A stretch of DNA of 64,000 nt from Paragordius varius (GCA_964247055.1 OZ176053.1:3472001-3536000); one strand, 5' to 3'; counted from the stretch's first letter, positions 1-47,500 are shown. Numbers and translations are program-made. Notes: a model not told the origin generated them from the sequence alone.

Positions 1-32396
<32,396 letters not shown>

Positions 32397-33163
32397 ATGT
32401 ATGCTACTACAGGGTTAATTGTTTCCGCATAAAGGCATTTCGGCACGTGCAAATAAATAAATACCTTCTTAACCCTTATATTATGTGATCAACCTCTTTT
32501 TGTATATATATATAAATATAATTATTTAATAAAATTAATTGAAAATATAATTTCTGTAAAAAATATGGGATGATTACAATTAAAATTGTGTTATCATACA
32601 ATTTTTCTTCCTTTATTGCAATATTTTAGACAAAAAATCTATTATTATTTATATTTATGATACATTTATTTATACCGATCGACATAATATAAATTATATT
32701 TTCATTATATGACAATGTATATATATTTATATATAAACTTATAAATAATTAGTTTTTTGTAAATATAATTACATCTTTGTTTGTTTTAATTCCTTCTGTA
32801 AAATTTGTTTTGAAGTTGAGAGGCTCCAAAAAGACTGGATACAGTTTTTTTGTTTTACTTTCAGACAATTATTAAACGTATTCATGAAAATATTTAACCA
32901 ATTAGCGGGATATTTAGCTGGTAAAAAAAGGTGTTAAAAAAGCTTTGGTTAACGGTTCTAGTTGCATAAAATTGGTTTAGTTTGCTTATGTTCCATTTTT
33001 TATAAGTTATATTTAAAGAAATTATGGCGACCACTTATAATTGGTAGCTGATAATCAACAAAAAACTTAATTTTTATTTGGAATAAAACAAATATTTATT
33101 TAATTAATTCTAAATTAAGGTGTTGATTAAAAGAATACCCCACAGCGCATTCGGAGCCATTTA

Positions 33164-33387
33164 CAGTCATGTATCCTTTATTTTATCAAAAATTGATTTT
33201 CTTTCGTTAAATGGGTAGAAATATTTGGTAAAGAATGGAAAAAATGAGCTCTATGGTATTAGCAATATATTCATCAAAAAAGTATAAGAATTACCATAGA
33301 GCTCTTGTTTTTTCCATTCTTTACCAAAAATTTATACCCATTTAACAAAAAAATTAAATTTTTGATAAAATAAAGGATACAAGATTG
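33164..33387. mobile_element. Palindromic MITE (TA|CAGT..ATTG|TA), about 95-bp arms
   Basis: cagtcatgtatcctttattttatc...gagctctatggta / taccatagagctc...gataaaataaaggatacaagattg. Confidence 0.75.
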
Positions 33388-34019
33388 TATGTTTAATAAT
33401 AACGAAAAATTATGCAAAACGGAAGAGTTCAGATTTTTGCAAAATTAAAAAACTAATACAAATTAATATGCGCTAATCACGCGAAATCAATATATATACA
33501 ATAATAAAAACGGAACCACAAATTATATCCTTCTGTTATTAACACTCTATTACCTTTTGGTGTATTTGAATATCTTAAATATTTAAGGTATTAGGTCGAA
33601 TTTAAATATATGCTTAATTTAGCCTTTTAGGCGCATTATACAAAAAATATTTTTTAAAAAATGTAAAATTGTAAAAAAGTCCTCAAGCCAAACTTTTTTG
33701 CCGCTATTTTTTTCTATAATTCTTTTAAATCGCTAATCAACAGGTAAATAAGTGTATATTATGGTTGGAATGTAAATTATAAGAAACTTTCAGGCTATAT
33801 GTTTGTTTGAATCCTTTGGAGCTGCCCAATATTAGACTCTAGAAGTCATAAAACTGTAAAAATTACTAATACACGAGAACAATGTTTGATATTTAAATTT
33901 TAAATAACTTTCAAAACTGTAGTCGATTTACAAAATTAAGCTTTGGGATATAAAACCACCCCAAGAGGTAAACTAGGACAAAAAAGGAAAAGATAATAAA
34001 ATGTTAAGTAAGTTTTTAT

Positions 34020-35538
34020 TTATTGATTTGGATTTTCAATTTTGGATTTTAATAAATTAATTTGAGATTGAGCAATATTTAAACATTTGATGTTGTCATT
34101 TTCGGCAAGTGGCTCAAAGCCTACAATATAAAATATTCTAAAGGTATAATAAAAATAAAACATATTTAAATGTATTAGTTTTCGTAATAATCTATTTATA
34201 TTCCATTTTTTTTAAAAAATAAATAAATAGTGCGAATAATCCTTACAAGAATTATAAAATAAGTGAAAGCCTCCATTGGCATACAATAACGTGATCCGAC
34301 CATCCGCAATACTTTCCTCTTCAGTGTTGGGATCAATCAAAACTTTTCTAAGATTATAAAAAATGGGAATATGAATTAATTTATAGTTTGTATACAATGA
34401 ATACAACAACGGTTTTAACTATGAAATTGAACGATTATTTTGATCACATTCTAATTTATTTTGATTACACATATCAATTAATAAAAAAGGACAAAAACAA
34501 AGTAATACATAAACCATTCAAATTATGTTGAAATGACATTATTTGGTAAATATTGTAAAAAATTTCATTATGGGACTATTTACATAAATTTCTATCTTTA
34601 ATAAATGTTATATAAAATTTTATCAGTTATTTATCGAAAATCAAATTAAAAATATCGATACCGTCATTAAAATGTAAAAAAATAGCACAAAAAGGAAATT
34701 TCGGAATTAACATTAATTAAACATAATTAAAAATTTTGGTGGGTATACCTTTCAAAGTTGGTAAAAGTGATTGATATGGGATATGAATTTAGGGTTAAAG
34801 AATATGATGGTATGTCTTTAGCTTTAAGTATGTCTTCTATCATAACATCAGGATGTGAAGTGATATAATTTTTCAAATCTGGTATTTTAGCTAATTAATA
34901 GTAAATTTTAAAAAATAATATATTTTGCCCATAATTTTAAAAAAAATATGTAAAACAAACTATTTTTAAGGGCGGACATTAGGGCTAAAAGTGAAGCATC
35001 CCATAAATTGCCGTCATCATTGATGCATATGAGATCACACAAAAAAACTGTTAAAATTTCACCGTTTATTAACATATCTGATGGCTCAATTAGATTTGAT
35101 ATGTCAAGTGATTGATATAGAAAATTTTGAATAGTATTGTGAATTTCTTTCATCTTTTCGCGATGTTTAGCTTCGACAAAACTATCAATACTGATTTCTA
35201 CAAACACAAAATATTAAACAGTTTTACCAAATATATCATTTAGATTTGGCAGAAATGTGAAATCGGTCTTATATTTCACTCTAATACCGCATGTAATAAG
35301 AGTATGTCCCAATTTAACCAAAGATGAGCCATTGGCTGTTGTGATCGATCCTATATAAATATTTTTTTTAGAATTTCGAAAAAAATTCAAAATATGAAAT
35401 TAAACCTGTAGAAATTTTACACGGTCGAAACTCTTCATATTTACGAGTATCTGGGCGCAAAGAGGATTCCTAATGTGTAAATTATTAAGTTACAAGGCAT
35501 TTTGAATAAAATTCTTCCAGTAAAAAATTTTTAAGCAT
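34020..35538 (-). CDS. EXOSC8: Exosome complex component RRP43 (RNase PH-like), 7 exons
   Basis: Exons 35538-35494, 35469-35406, 35350-35228, 35197-34961, 34890-34749, 34347-34247, 34120-34020 give MLKNFLLEEFYSKCL-ESSLRPDTRKYEEFRP..GSITTANGSSLVKLGHT..FLCDLICINDDGNLWDASLLALMSALKN..VLIDPNTEEE, matching RRP43 motifs (RPDGR, GSALVKLG, CDLICLDYDGN, VDPTGEEE). Confidence 0.9.
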
Positions 35539-35567
35539 GGTAACCGTATTTGTGAGTGTGCATCACG

Positions 35568-38500
35568 ATGATGGATAAAAATAAATGTGACATTACCTAT
35601 AGAAAGTTGTAAAATTAATTATTTTTAGGAATTTGGAATTGTGGAAGTTTTTTGACAAGAAAGTCAAGGAATTTAACGGGAATCCAAATGTTAAAGAGGC
35701 ATATCAAAAGTTTTTGAAGCCTTTAAAAAATATTTGTATGCATTATTTTTATAATGATAGCTAAAGAAATGTCATCATCGGACTATATTCCATTTTTGTG
35801 TGCCTATTTAATTAAAGTTTACATCAAAAAGGATCAAATTCAATTATCTGATTGTCGGCAAATTTTAGATGAATGTAAATTGGTGGATTTCGATGTTATG
35901 TCCAATTTTAGAGATTTTAAAGATTTTTTAAAATGCCTTCCAAAAGAGCTGATAAATGAATTTGAAAATATGTTTATCGATAAAATTGACTTTAATTCAT
36001 CCAATATTTTTGGACATAATATTAGTGTCAACTCGTTCAAATTTTTGAACGCCGAAAAATATATGGATAAAGAATCGAATTTCAGCGATATTAATAAATA
36101 TTTTTCGCACGATTTTCTGCAAACTATTGTATCGAATAAACACAATGATGATACGTTTGAAAAATTACTAAATATTTTAAAAACCCAAAATGGTGAGGAT
36201 TGCATCAATATATTATGTGAAATATTCCGATCGAAACGCGCTGGTGTTGAGAATGAGGTTATAATTATTGCATATTCATATTAAAATTGTTTTGTTATCG
36301 GTCAATAAAGAATAAAAAATTTAAACAAAGGTTTGGCCGAGGTTTACTTTTCTTTTAATAATATATAATATTTAATGATGATCATATCTCATTTCGTTTT
36401 TGACAAATGATTAAAATTCCCCATATAATAATTTGTTTGTCGGATATAAATATTACTTTTTTGCACGAAATGATTTAATTGAAACTATTTTGTAGCACTC
36501 ATTCCAATGTTTTTATTAGAATAATAATATTTTGATTTATTTATCCTTATTTTTTTAGTTGTTGGATTTACTTGGTTACGATCATATTGAATTAGTGGCT
36601 GATTTAGTAAGTGATATGGATAAATATGGGAAATTGTTTAATCAACATTTAAATAATAAAGATAATTTACCGAAAGCCAAACAATTTTATGCTCCCAAAT
36701 CTGAATGTTCTATGAGACCACAAGTTGTTGTTCAAGTGGATAAAATTTTTTACTACTATTTTTATTGATCCTTTTTTATCTTTCGGACCCATTTTTATCA
36801 AAATTGGTTTTTAAAAGTTAGTACACTTTATAATATGCCGTTTTTTATTTATAAATGGCACAATTCTTTACAAATGTTATTTATAAACAACATCTTTCAC
36901 AAAAGGTCATATTTTTGGATATATCAAGGTTTTTATTTCCATGTTTTTCTCTTTTAAATTATATATAAGTGTCCCATATTAATACATGAAAAAGCGAAGA
37001 ATTTTTTTATGTACCAATTTATTATAATAAATATTTTATATTTGTTTTAATAACATAAATACATGGTTAAATACTTTTTACATTTTCTCATATATATTTA
37101 TACCATTTTTTAAAACTTTTTTTTTAGACAAGTTATGAAAAAGCTTTACAACGACAACTCCAAAAAGACCAAAAACGGTTAGCCAAAAAACGATTTGGGG
37201 ACAATGCAAATGTCGAATATAACGAAAATGATTTTAATGATTTTTTAGCTTATCAGCAAAAGTAAATTTTGTGTATCATAAATTAATTTTTTAATTTTAG
37301 CATGCACAATCTTATGATAGATAACTTTCCTTATATTTATTATTTCATTAATTAAATGAAGTTAGTTTCAGTATCTAGGGTAAAAAATTCAAAATTTTTT
37401 GATTGCATACATAAGGCAACAGATGCTGACAGAAGTACAGAGTGAACCCATATATCGTTTACATTTACCATCGACTCTGGAACAGCAAATTCCTATTAGC
37501 ACGTTACCTTTTGTGTGGGATGGACTTTCACAAGCCAAATTAACCTCATCATTTATGCAATCTAATAAGGTGCTTTATTTTATTTTTATCATAATTTTTA
37601 TAGTGTTGTTTTTGTTTGATTTGGTTTTTTTATATTATATTTTTATATAAAATGTGATAGCTACTTGCTTTTACAAACAAATAGTTTAAAGAAAATATCG
37701 AATTTGCTAAATTGAAATATAAAGATATAAAATATTAAAAAAAAATACAAAATAATAAAAATTAAATGTTAATTTAAAAACACAATATTTTTGGTTAAAA
37801 TGTTATGATTTTATTTAGTTTTTTTGTGAAATTTTAGTTAAATTTACCCGAAGGATGTGAACGTCATCAAGGCAAAATATATGACCAAATTATAATACCG
37901 GCAGAACATATGTCAGATTCATTGAGAATACGGGAACCAATAAATATTTGCGATTGTGATCAGGTATATAGCCAATAACAAAATTTTAACTAACATTGAA
38001 ATAGGTTTTTAAAAGTCAATATAAATTCAAATTTTTTGATATATTTTAAGGTTAAAAGGGTGATTGAGATAATATATGTAAAAAAGTAAATCATAGTAGA
38101 ATTATTTTTAAACTCTTGACTTAACATAATGTTTCGCACAATTTTTTCTAAATATTATTTAAAAATTAAACTTTTTTAGATTTTTTGATTTTCCATTGAT
38201 ACCCTATAAATTTTCTGCCGACTAGTTATATAAAATGGATCATTTTATGTTGAAATCTTAATTAGCATAATATTTAAATATTTACGGTATAATATGCCTT
38301 TAAAAATTGAACTTGTTTATTTGTAAATCCTATTACCTTAAAAGATGGTTTTGAATTTACTTACTTTTTCATTATCTTAAAAAGTTACTTTAAAGTATCT
38401 TTATTAGATATCTGTCGACATTTTCTTTATCTTTTTTAGATAATTAGAATTGGTTTCAAAGGTGTTAAACAACTAAACCCCATCCAATCCATCGTGCATG

Positions 38501-41500
38501 ATGTGGCCTACAAAACAAATGATAATATGTTAGTTTGTGCACCCACTGGGGCTGGAAAAACTAATGTTGCCCTATTAACCATACTTAATCTCATTCGTCA
38601 ATACTATGATGTTGGTGATGACACGCATCAGACTGATATGGAGGAATTGACTGAAAAGTTATCAGACACTGGTATGTAAATTATGTGACATAAATAATTT
38701 ATATTTATCCTATAAAATAATATTTCATTTTTATTCTTGTTTTCTGGTTATATATATGCGTCTTAAAAGTGTGATTAAATCATGGTTCCACATTGAAATT
38801 ATATTGTGTTTTTGTTTTAATTAAGTTGTATTAACGCTTTATATAGTTTGTGTAAATGGATGGAATTAATATTTTCGTAGAAATTGGTTCTATCTATTTA
38901 TGGTAAACAACTATTTTTTATTTGATGATAAATATTTTCGGCCTGTAAACACTACCATGACTAGGTTTTTTAATTAATTCTTTCATTTTATATTCGGATG
39001 TATTTAAAAAGTTTTTTAGAGTAAAAAAATTATATTACTCTACATATTTTTAACAATGCTGCCACAAGTTCAACACAGATGTTACTATTGATAATCAAGA
39101 TTTTATATGTAAGCTATTATAACATCGCGGCGTTCAATTTAATTTATTTTTTTAGATAATGATTCCAATACAGAACTTAACTCGTCTTGTGAACAAGGGC
39201 CCTCGGCTAATATGAAAGGAGATGATGTGAAAGAATCAAATTTTATCCCTGGAATGTTAAAAAAAGATCAATTCAAAATTGTTTATGTGGCACCGATGAA
39301 GGCATTAGCCGCAGAAATGACCGCTAATTTTGGTAAAAAACTTGCGCCTTTTGGCATTAGCGTAAGAGAACTCACTGGTGATATGCAATTGACTAAAAAA
39401 GAAATTATTGATACACAAGTACATAAATAAACTATTAAAATTGATTAATAATTGGTGGAAACGATTATTTAAATTTATTCATAATAATATGAAAGATATT
39501 ACGGATTTAATTGTTATATTTTTTATTGTTTTGAATAAATATGTGTATCCTATCATAAATAAAAATAATACGTTATTTATCATTATACATATAACTTGTT
39601 AAAACTCAACAGTTGGAAAAAAAATTTTTAAGTTTATTTATTTTTTGATTACCAAATAATTATTTTTAATAATAAATTTTATTAATAAAATCTTATTTAA
39701 TTATTGGATTTACAATCATAATGTATTAGATGATAATTACGACGCCTGAAAAATGGGATGTTATTACCCGTAAAAATACGGGAGACGTGGCTTTAACACA
39801 ACTCGTTAAACTGCTCATTATAGATGAAGTCCATTTACTTCAAGATACGAGGGGTCCGGTTATTGAAGCTTTGGTTGCCCGAACACTAAGACAGGTTTAT
39901 CGGAGAATAATTGAAATATAATCGAATTTTTTTTGTCGGAATATTTTTATTAGTTAATCGCTTTTTACCGCTCTTTGGAAATATGGGGTTTTGTGAATTA
40001 TCATATATAAAACTATATTGATTTTTAACAATTTTTATAATAATTATGTAGTGTTTAAATGATTGAATGTTTCATTTATCAAAAACTTGAATGCCATCAT
40101 GGGTAATATTTATGTTTAGTATTCTAATGGAGTTTATTAAATACTATATATAAAAATTGAGTTCAATACTGGTTTTTAGTCCTAACTTTATTATTTTAAA
40201 TGTTTTTTTTGCTTTTTATACCGACTAATATAATTTCCTATTTCTAATTACAATGTATAACTTTTATAGAATTTTCATGCCCGTTCGCGAAAAGCAATTT
40301 GCTTCTAGGACTAAAATCGTTTACCAACATAAAATATTTATATCTATAAAATAGGTTGAAACCATGCAAGTTATGATTCGAATCATTGGTTTATCCGCCA
40401 CTCTTCCTTCATATCTTCATGTGGCAAAATTTTTACGGGTTAACCCATATAAAGCTTTGTTCTTTTTTGACGGGCGGTTTCGGCCAGTACCCCTCTTACA
40501 AAACTTTATTGGTATTAAAAGTTCCAACGCTTTTGAACAACGTAAGCATATGGAAGAAATTTGTTACAATGAAGTTGTTAAGAGACTTAAAAGGGGTTTA
40601 CAGGTTATATGTTATGAATTTAGAATAAAATCTAAAACAATAAAGACAAAAATAATAATATAAATATTCTTTTTAGTATAAAGACAAACATATTCAATAG
40701 CTATAAGTTTTATGATTACATGTGAAATTAAAAAAGTTTAGTATCAATTAACATTTTTATTTCTTATTTTGAAATATGGGTGGTTATCTTCTATAAATAA
40801 ATGTTTTTTTCAGTATCTTTTGTCCTTATAATAATTTTTATATAAATACGAATAAATGAGCATTTTTTACTTTTGAATGCAATTATATACTATTTTTTAG
40901 AGTTATAATCAAAGGTATAAGCTTATTTATTTTTTTAGATTTTGGTTTTCGTACATGCCAGAAATTCTACAATAAAAACCGCCCAATTATTACGGGAACA
41001 GGCGGCACAAGAAAATAAACTGGCCCTTTTTCTACCCCCTTGTATGCAAAAACACAGGTAATCATTTAAAATTCAATAATTTATATTCCATTATTTTTTA
41101 TATAATAACATCATTTAAATAATAACTAAAATATACAACTTTTTTAAGCTAATTTTATTCATAAACTGCAAATTGATATAATTTTGCTTATCTGTACTAA
41201 ATATATAATATATTAACTATATACAATTTATATTTCATTCACCTTTTTATATGCAGGCAAGATGAGGAAATCGATACAACGAGCGATGAGAATAAAAAGA
41301 AAGGATATTTTAAACAATTATTGGCTAACATAACACATTGTCGGGATAAACGTTTGAAAGATATGTTGCAATTAGGTAGTATCATTTTTTGATGTATTTA
41401 ACTACTAATCATCACTAATCGGTTTACGTAATAATTTGCAAGATGTAATCCATAATAAATGGATGTTTCTATAATATATCGTAATTTTTTACGGTTAAAA

Positions 41501-44500
41501 CGAACTTATAAAACAACTTTTTTTTCGAAAAAAATTGACCGTTGTCTTAGAGCATCAGATATCCAGCTTTATAAGACTGGGATTAGTCGGCACAATAATT
41601 ATTGCAGATTCAGTAATAAGACAATATGATAGGTGTTGTTTAATATGAATATTTTTTAGTTTTATAATAAATTTTTTAAAATATGTATATTTACCTATTT
41701 TTTAATAACACACATATTTAACTAATTATCATATAAGACAGATTATTAATTTCTATTAATGCGATTCACGTTCCAAATCATCAAAACAATCTGATAAATT
41801 ATATTTTTATCTTCTAGTTTTTGATTTAATCCGAATTGAGTTAATTAATTTACAGGCGCTGTTTATTAAAAAAAGTTCATCTAGAGAGAGGGTCCACCCT
41901 AATAACAATTATTAGAATAAAAAAATATATACCCAATTTTGATGATATGTATTTAGGTATAGGATTTCATCATGCAGGATTACTAAGGAGTGATCGAAAT
42001 ACGGTTGAACGTTATTTTTCCGAGGGTGCCATACGTGTCTTAGTATGTACTGCAACTTTGGCTTGGGGTGTCAATCTCCCCGCTCATTGTGTTATTATAA
42101 AGGTAGTTTTATTTTATTTGTCATTTTTGTATTTTTTATAATTTTTATTTTTTATATAATTATATTTGTTGAGAAAATGTCTTAATTATAAATGTATAAT
42201 TGTTTTAAACATTCAGAAATTGTAATAAACCTAATTTTTTACCACTTTATTTTAAATGGTAATTGGTTTTTATCGATGATTAATAACTAATTTAAATAAT
42301 GAAAAATTTGTAAATTATTCGTAAACATATATTTATAAAAAAGAGATTAGAATCTTTAATAATTATATTTCATAAGGGTACTGAAATTTACGATGCACAA
42401 GCCGGTGGTTTTAGGGATATGAGTATTATTGATGTCACCCAAATATTTGGTAGGGCGGGTCGTCCTCAATACAGCGTGAAAAAGGGAAAATCTGACGGTA
42501 TTCTTTTTTTGCAAAAATATAAATAATTTATTTTTAAGAATTATTTCATGATTAAAATTAAATTCTAATCTAGAATATAATATGGGTGAAGCCATATTAA
42601 TCACCCTACATGACAAAGTTACAACGTACATTACATCCCTTTTGCGTAAAAGTCCGATTGAGAGTCAATTTCAAAAATGTTTATGTGACAATTTGAATGC
42701 CGAAATCGTTTTAGGTATATCAAATTTTTGTTCAAAAAATCTTAAAATTTGCTTAATTACAGTGTATTTAGTTGTTTAAACTCTTAAATTTAAAATAGAA
42801 AATCGAAAGATAAATAGGAAGTTCATATTTTTTTGTTTATATTTTTGATCCGTGATTTATTATATAACCAATATGATTCGATTGAATATAGAATAGAAAA
42901 TTTAGGGGTTTAGCAATTTCCATTTATTTTTATTTAGCAACTTCTAAAAAATTATCTGGCTGGCTTTTTCTTTTGATGTTTTGTCTTTTTTTATTATAAA
43001 TACGCTTTTTTATATGTCACATCATCTAAAGCGTGTCATTTTTCTAAAATAGCGCCATTTAAATTTGTGTTGTAATATTTTATTGTCAACCGTATATTAG
43101 GTACTGTGAGTAACATTGAAGAGGCCGTCGAATGGTTAGCATACACATATCTACATGTGCGCATGAAATCAAATCCATTGGCTTATGGGATAACGTTTGC
43201 CGAAGTCCATGTATGATTATGAACACAACTCATAAATTATTTTTTGTAAATCAAATTCATCCTAAAAATAAATTATGAATTATTGGGCTAATATAACTAT
43301 CATTTATGAAATATGAAATATATCTCTATGGTAAAGTTTATTATTTCTTCAGTATTTTATAAGCAAAATCTCTTTTTTTAGAATATTAAAAAAGGAGATA
43401 ATTTTTAATCATAAAAAACACATAATTTATTTTAGGGTGAACTTTGTTCGAGGGTGAATTTGAATTGTTCAAGGGTGAATTCGAATAGCTCAGGGGTGAA
43501 CTTGAAGTGTGAATAGTATATATATATCCGAAATTAAACTCATTGTTGAAAAAAAAGTAACCTTAAGAATTTGTTTAAACAAAAGAGCCACCTTATTATT
43601 CTAAATGGATTGTTTCGTTTTTTATTACGCCATGATAAAATATGCGCGTTAAAAAATATATTGCTATAAAATTAGTTTCTTAACAACCATATTTTTTTAC
43701 ACGAAATATCCATAGAAAGATCCCGATCTTATTCGCTACGAACATGAGTTGATAAAATGCGCAGCGAAACAATTAGACCGGGCACGTATGATAAGGTTTG
43801 ATGAAACAAATGGATATTTTTATGCCACTGATATTGGACGAACCGCTAGTCATTACTATGTAAAAACGGAAACAATCGAACAATTTAATGCGCATCTTGA
43901 GCCTAATGTTACGGAATCACAGTATTTTTATCATTTAATAAACAATTCACAATTGTTAGTTTTTTTTGATAGTTACTAAAAAATGGTAATTAACACACGA
44001 TTTTTTAATGAACGTATTATTTTGGGTATTTAAACCCTTTTTTAGCTAACTGGAAACCGTATTTAAAACCTCAACCGGGATTCCAAAAATGATATTTTAT
44101 ATTAACTACTATTACAATTTATATTGTTTTCCATTTTCTTTGAATTTAAAAAGCATTAAATTTTTCCAGTTTATGAGTTTTTAGTTATTTGTTCATTTTT
44201 CATGAAATAATTCGGAACAAAATATAATTGTAACCATTTGCCTAAACTATAACGGTATTAAAACTAAAAAAAAATTATTCAAAATTTTTTTAATCAGATC
44301 CGTAATCACAGGCAAACAAATAAGTTTAATTTTAAAACATACCCCGATTTTTTATAAATATTTTCTTACACATTAAATAGGATACTTGGCTTAGTATCAA
44401 CTAGTAGCGAATTTACACAAATTAAATTACGCGAGGAGGAAATGGACGAGTTATCATTTTTGGCTCATAATGCATGTCCTCTACCTGTAATTACAAATCT

Positions 44501-47500
44501 CCAACCTCAAGGAACAGCGATACCCGTTAAGTAAATCTTATTTCGAATTTTATTGAAGCTTTTTTCATAAAACTATGATAGAAATGCTCTAAAATAACCA
44601 TATATTTGGAAATTACTGTTATAAAAATGAATTCATATAGATAAAGTGTTAAATTAAAAGATTAAAGGACCAATTTTCTATAAAGACAATCATATATCTT
44701 AAACCTTAATTTTTTGAATATTACTCATTAATTTGGGTTGCGAAAAACATAAATAATGAAGATTACAAACTCTTCTTACTTTTTGGAAAATACAAGGTTT
44801 ATAAAGTATGGCTGTTTTTATGCAAAACAATATTTGCTTTTCTGTTTTTTGTTTTGTATTTATAATGTTAATTTTGTACTGTAATAATGTTTTAATTCAA
44901 TAGGCAAACTACAAATCTCTCAAAATCTGAGGATACGATTGCTGCCGAATCGGCCAAAACAAACATATTGATTCAAGCATATGTTTCTAGGGAAAATTTG
45001 CAAAGTTTTTCACTCATATCCGATACAAATTACATTAGTCAAGTAATTATATAGTTCTTAATCTTGTTATAGTTTAATTAGTAGTTTTTTAGCTTATTAT
45101 ATACTTACTAAACATTGGCAATTAATTATCTCCCTAAAATACATGTATTCACCCAAATATTTGTCTCAAATTGAGTTTAGTTATTTGCTATGGTATTATT
45201 AATGCTTTTTCGTTCATAAATTACCTTTATCTAAAAAAACTTAAAATTAAATAAATTATATCAACAGGATATAATTTAATTGCGACTTACCTAAAACATA
45301 TAATTTTGTAATGTGTAAGGATGAAAAGAGTGATTTTTTATGTGGGTATCTGGTTTATAAGTTAAAAATGGGAATTTTAAATTTTGAGTAAGTTTAAGTG
45401 TTTTAGCAATCATTTAAATAATTTCGTAAACACGATGTAATTCCTAATGAATATATTTTTTAGAATATATGTCGCATTGTACGCGCCCTATTCGAAATCG
45501 TTTTACGGAAGGGTTGGCCTATCGCTGCATCTCGCTTACTTAACCTTGCTAAGATTTGTGATAACAAATGTTGGAGTTTCCAACATCCCTTGAGACAATT
45601 GGAAAACTTTCAATTACCAACAATGGCTAGTCAAGAAAATATGGAATATGGTTCCTCCACTCAAGATGGCTACAAAGGTTTGATTTGTTTAAATTAGTTT
45701 AATTTTTTAAAAAAAAGGAAGTGATTTTTATTTTTTATATTTGATTATGGTTAGTTACACTATTTAAAACATTATTATGTATAAGATGTAAAATGTTTTT
45801 AAATTATCTGAATGGATTACAAGGAATGTTTTATCATGGTTTAGAGGACACATAGATTGTTTTAGAAAATCGAATAAATATGCCTATAAGTTAAATTTTA
45901 TTTACGCAATTCTCTGTAGTTTTCTCTGATATTTTTTGTGTTCTTATGGCCAAAATTATTGTGATTTAATAATTTGTTAATTTTTATTCATATAATATTT
46001 ATATTGCGCTTTCATAGGTAATATTCGTAGCCAAATGAAATTCAATTTGAGTAACAATGTCCTCAAACTGCTTGAAGAAAAAAATGTTAGTATTGATCGT
46101 TTACGGGATATGGAATCCATAGAAATTGGTAAATTATTTAATTAAATTGTGCACACTTTAATAAAATGGACAATTTTTTTATCTTTTAGATATTAAAAAT
46201 TAAATCTGAGTTATGAATGCCAAAATACAAATTATAACTCTTTTAAATGAATAAAACTTTTTTTTGAAAAAGAAACATTTTCTTAAAAAATTATAACGCT
46301 CCTATAAATTTTTACATATAATTTTTAATCAAAGGTAATTCAAATATTTTTTTTAATTTAATTTATTTTACATTTTATATGATTTCCAGGGCTAATGGTA
46401 AATAACTCCAAAGTTGGTCACAGCATAAAATATTTGGCTTATTGTTTCCCCCAACTGCAGTTGAAAGCTTTAATACAACCTATTACACGTTCAATATTAC
46501 GGATTCGTTTAAGTATTGAACCTGATTTTGAGTGGAACGATAGAGTAAAAATTTTATTAATTATTTGGAAAGTAATTTATTTTATGAATTAAATTAAAAA
46601 TATATCCTATAACTCCGTTTAACACAATTTTCGGTCTGTAGACGGTTATTTAATAATTAAATAACCTTATAAGCGCTTTTTTAGACGCTATATTTTTTCC
46701 AAAATATTTTACATAATATTTAGATTCATGGAAAGTCTGAAAGTTGGTGGATATGGATAGAAGATCCAGACAATAATAACGTTATTTATCACTCAGAATA
46801 TTTTATTTTGACAAAGAAACAATATGTAACATATCACAAACACGTAAGGCGAAAACGGAAATTAGAAGAGGAAAATAAGGTAATACATTACCTTAAAAAC
46901 TGCATTAATTATATATATATATATAAATATACGTATTAAACGAAAATTTGAGTTTGGTCAATTTGATTCAAGTTATTGGCAGAAATACTATATATGATAT
47001 TATCTGAACAATTTTTTATCATCAATATTAGCCCTAGCTAGGGGTATTTTTGAAGCCATCATAGGTTTTTCTTTTTAGTAATAAAAAATGGACGAATGTT
47101 GTTTTAATAATAATTACATTATGTTATATCCGTAATTTTTCTATATTATAGCGTTTTTTGAATCTAAAAAAAGTTATGAGATATATATATATTGTTCATA
47201 CGCATCTAGGCGGGTTCTCCATTCAAATATTCCTTTTCCTACAAAACAAGTGAAAATGTGAATGAATCCACATCGCACAGAGATGATGGTATGTTGGAAC
47301 TTGTATTTACCATACCAATCTTTGAACCATTACCCACCCAGTATTATGTAAAATGTGTTTCGGATCGATGGATAGGATCAGAAAATATCTTACCTCTATC
47401 GTTTAAAACACTCATTCTCCCAGAACATTATCCACCACAAACTGGTAATTCACAATATTTTACGATTTCAATTATTTTGAGCTATAAATTACCCATTATT

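Noticed and set aside
35840-36208. 122-aa minus-strand ORF
   Set aside because: Antisense to the large ASCC3 exon 35761-36257; low complexity and no motif.
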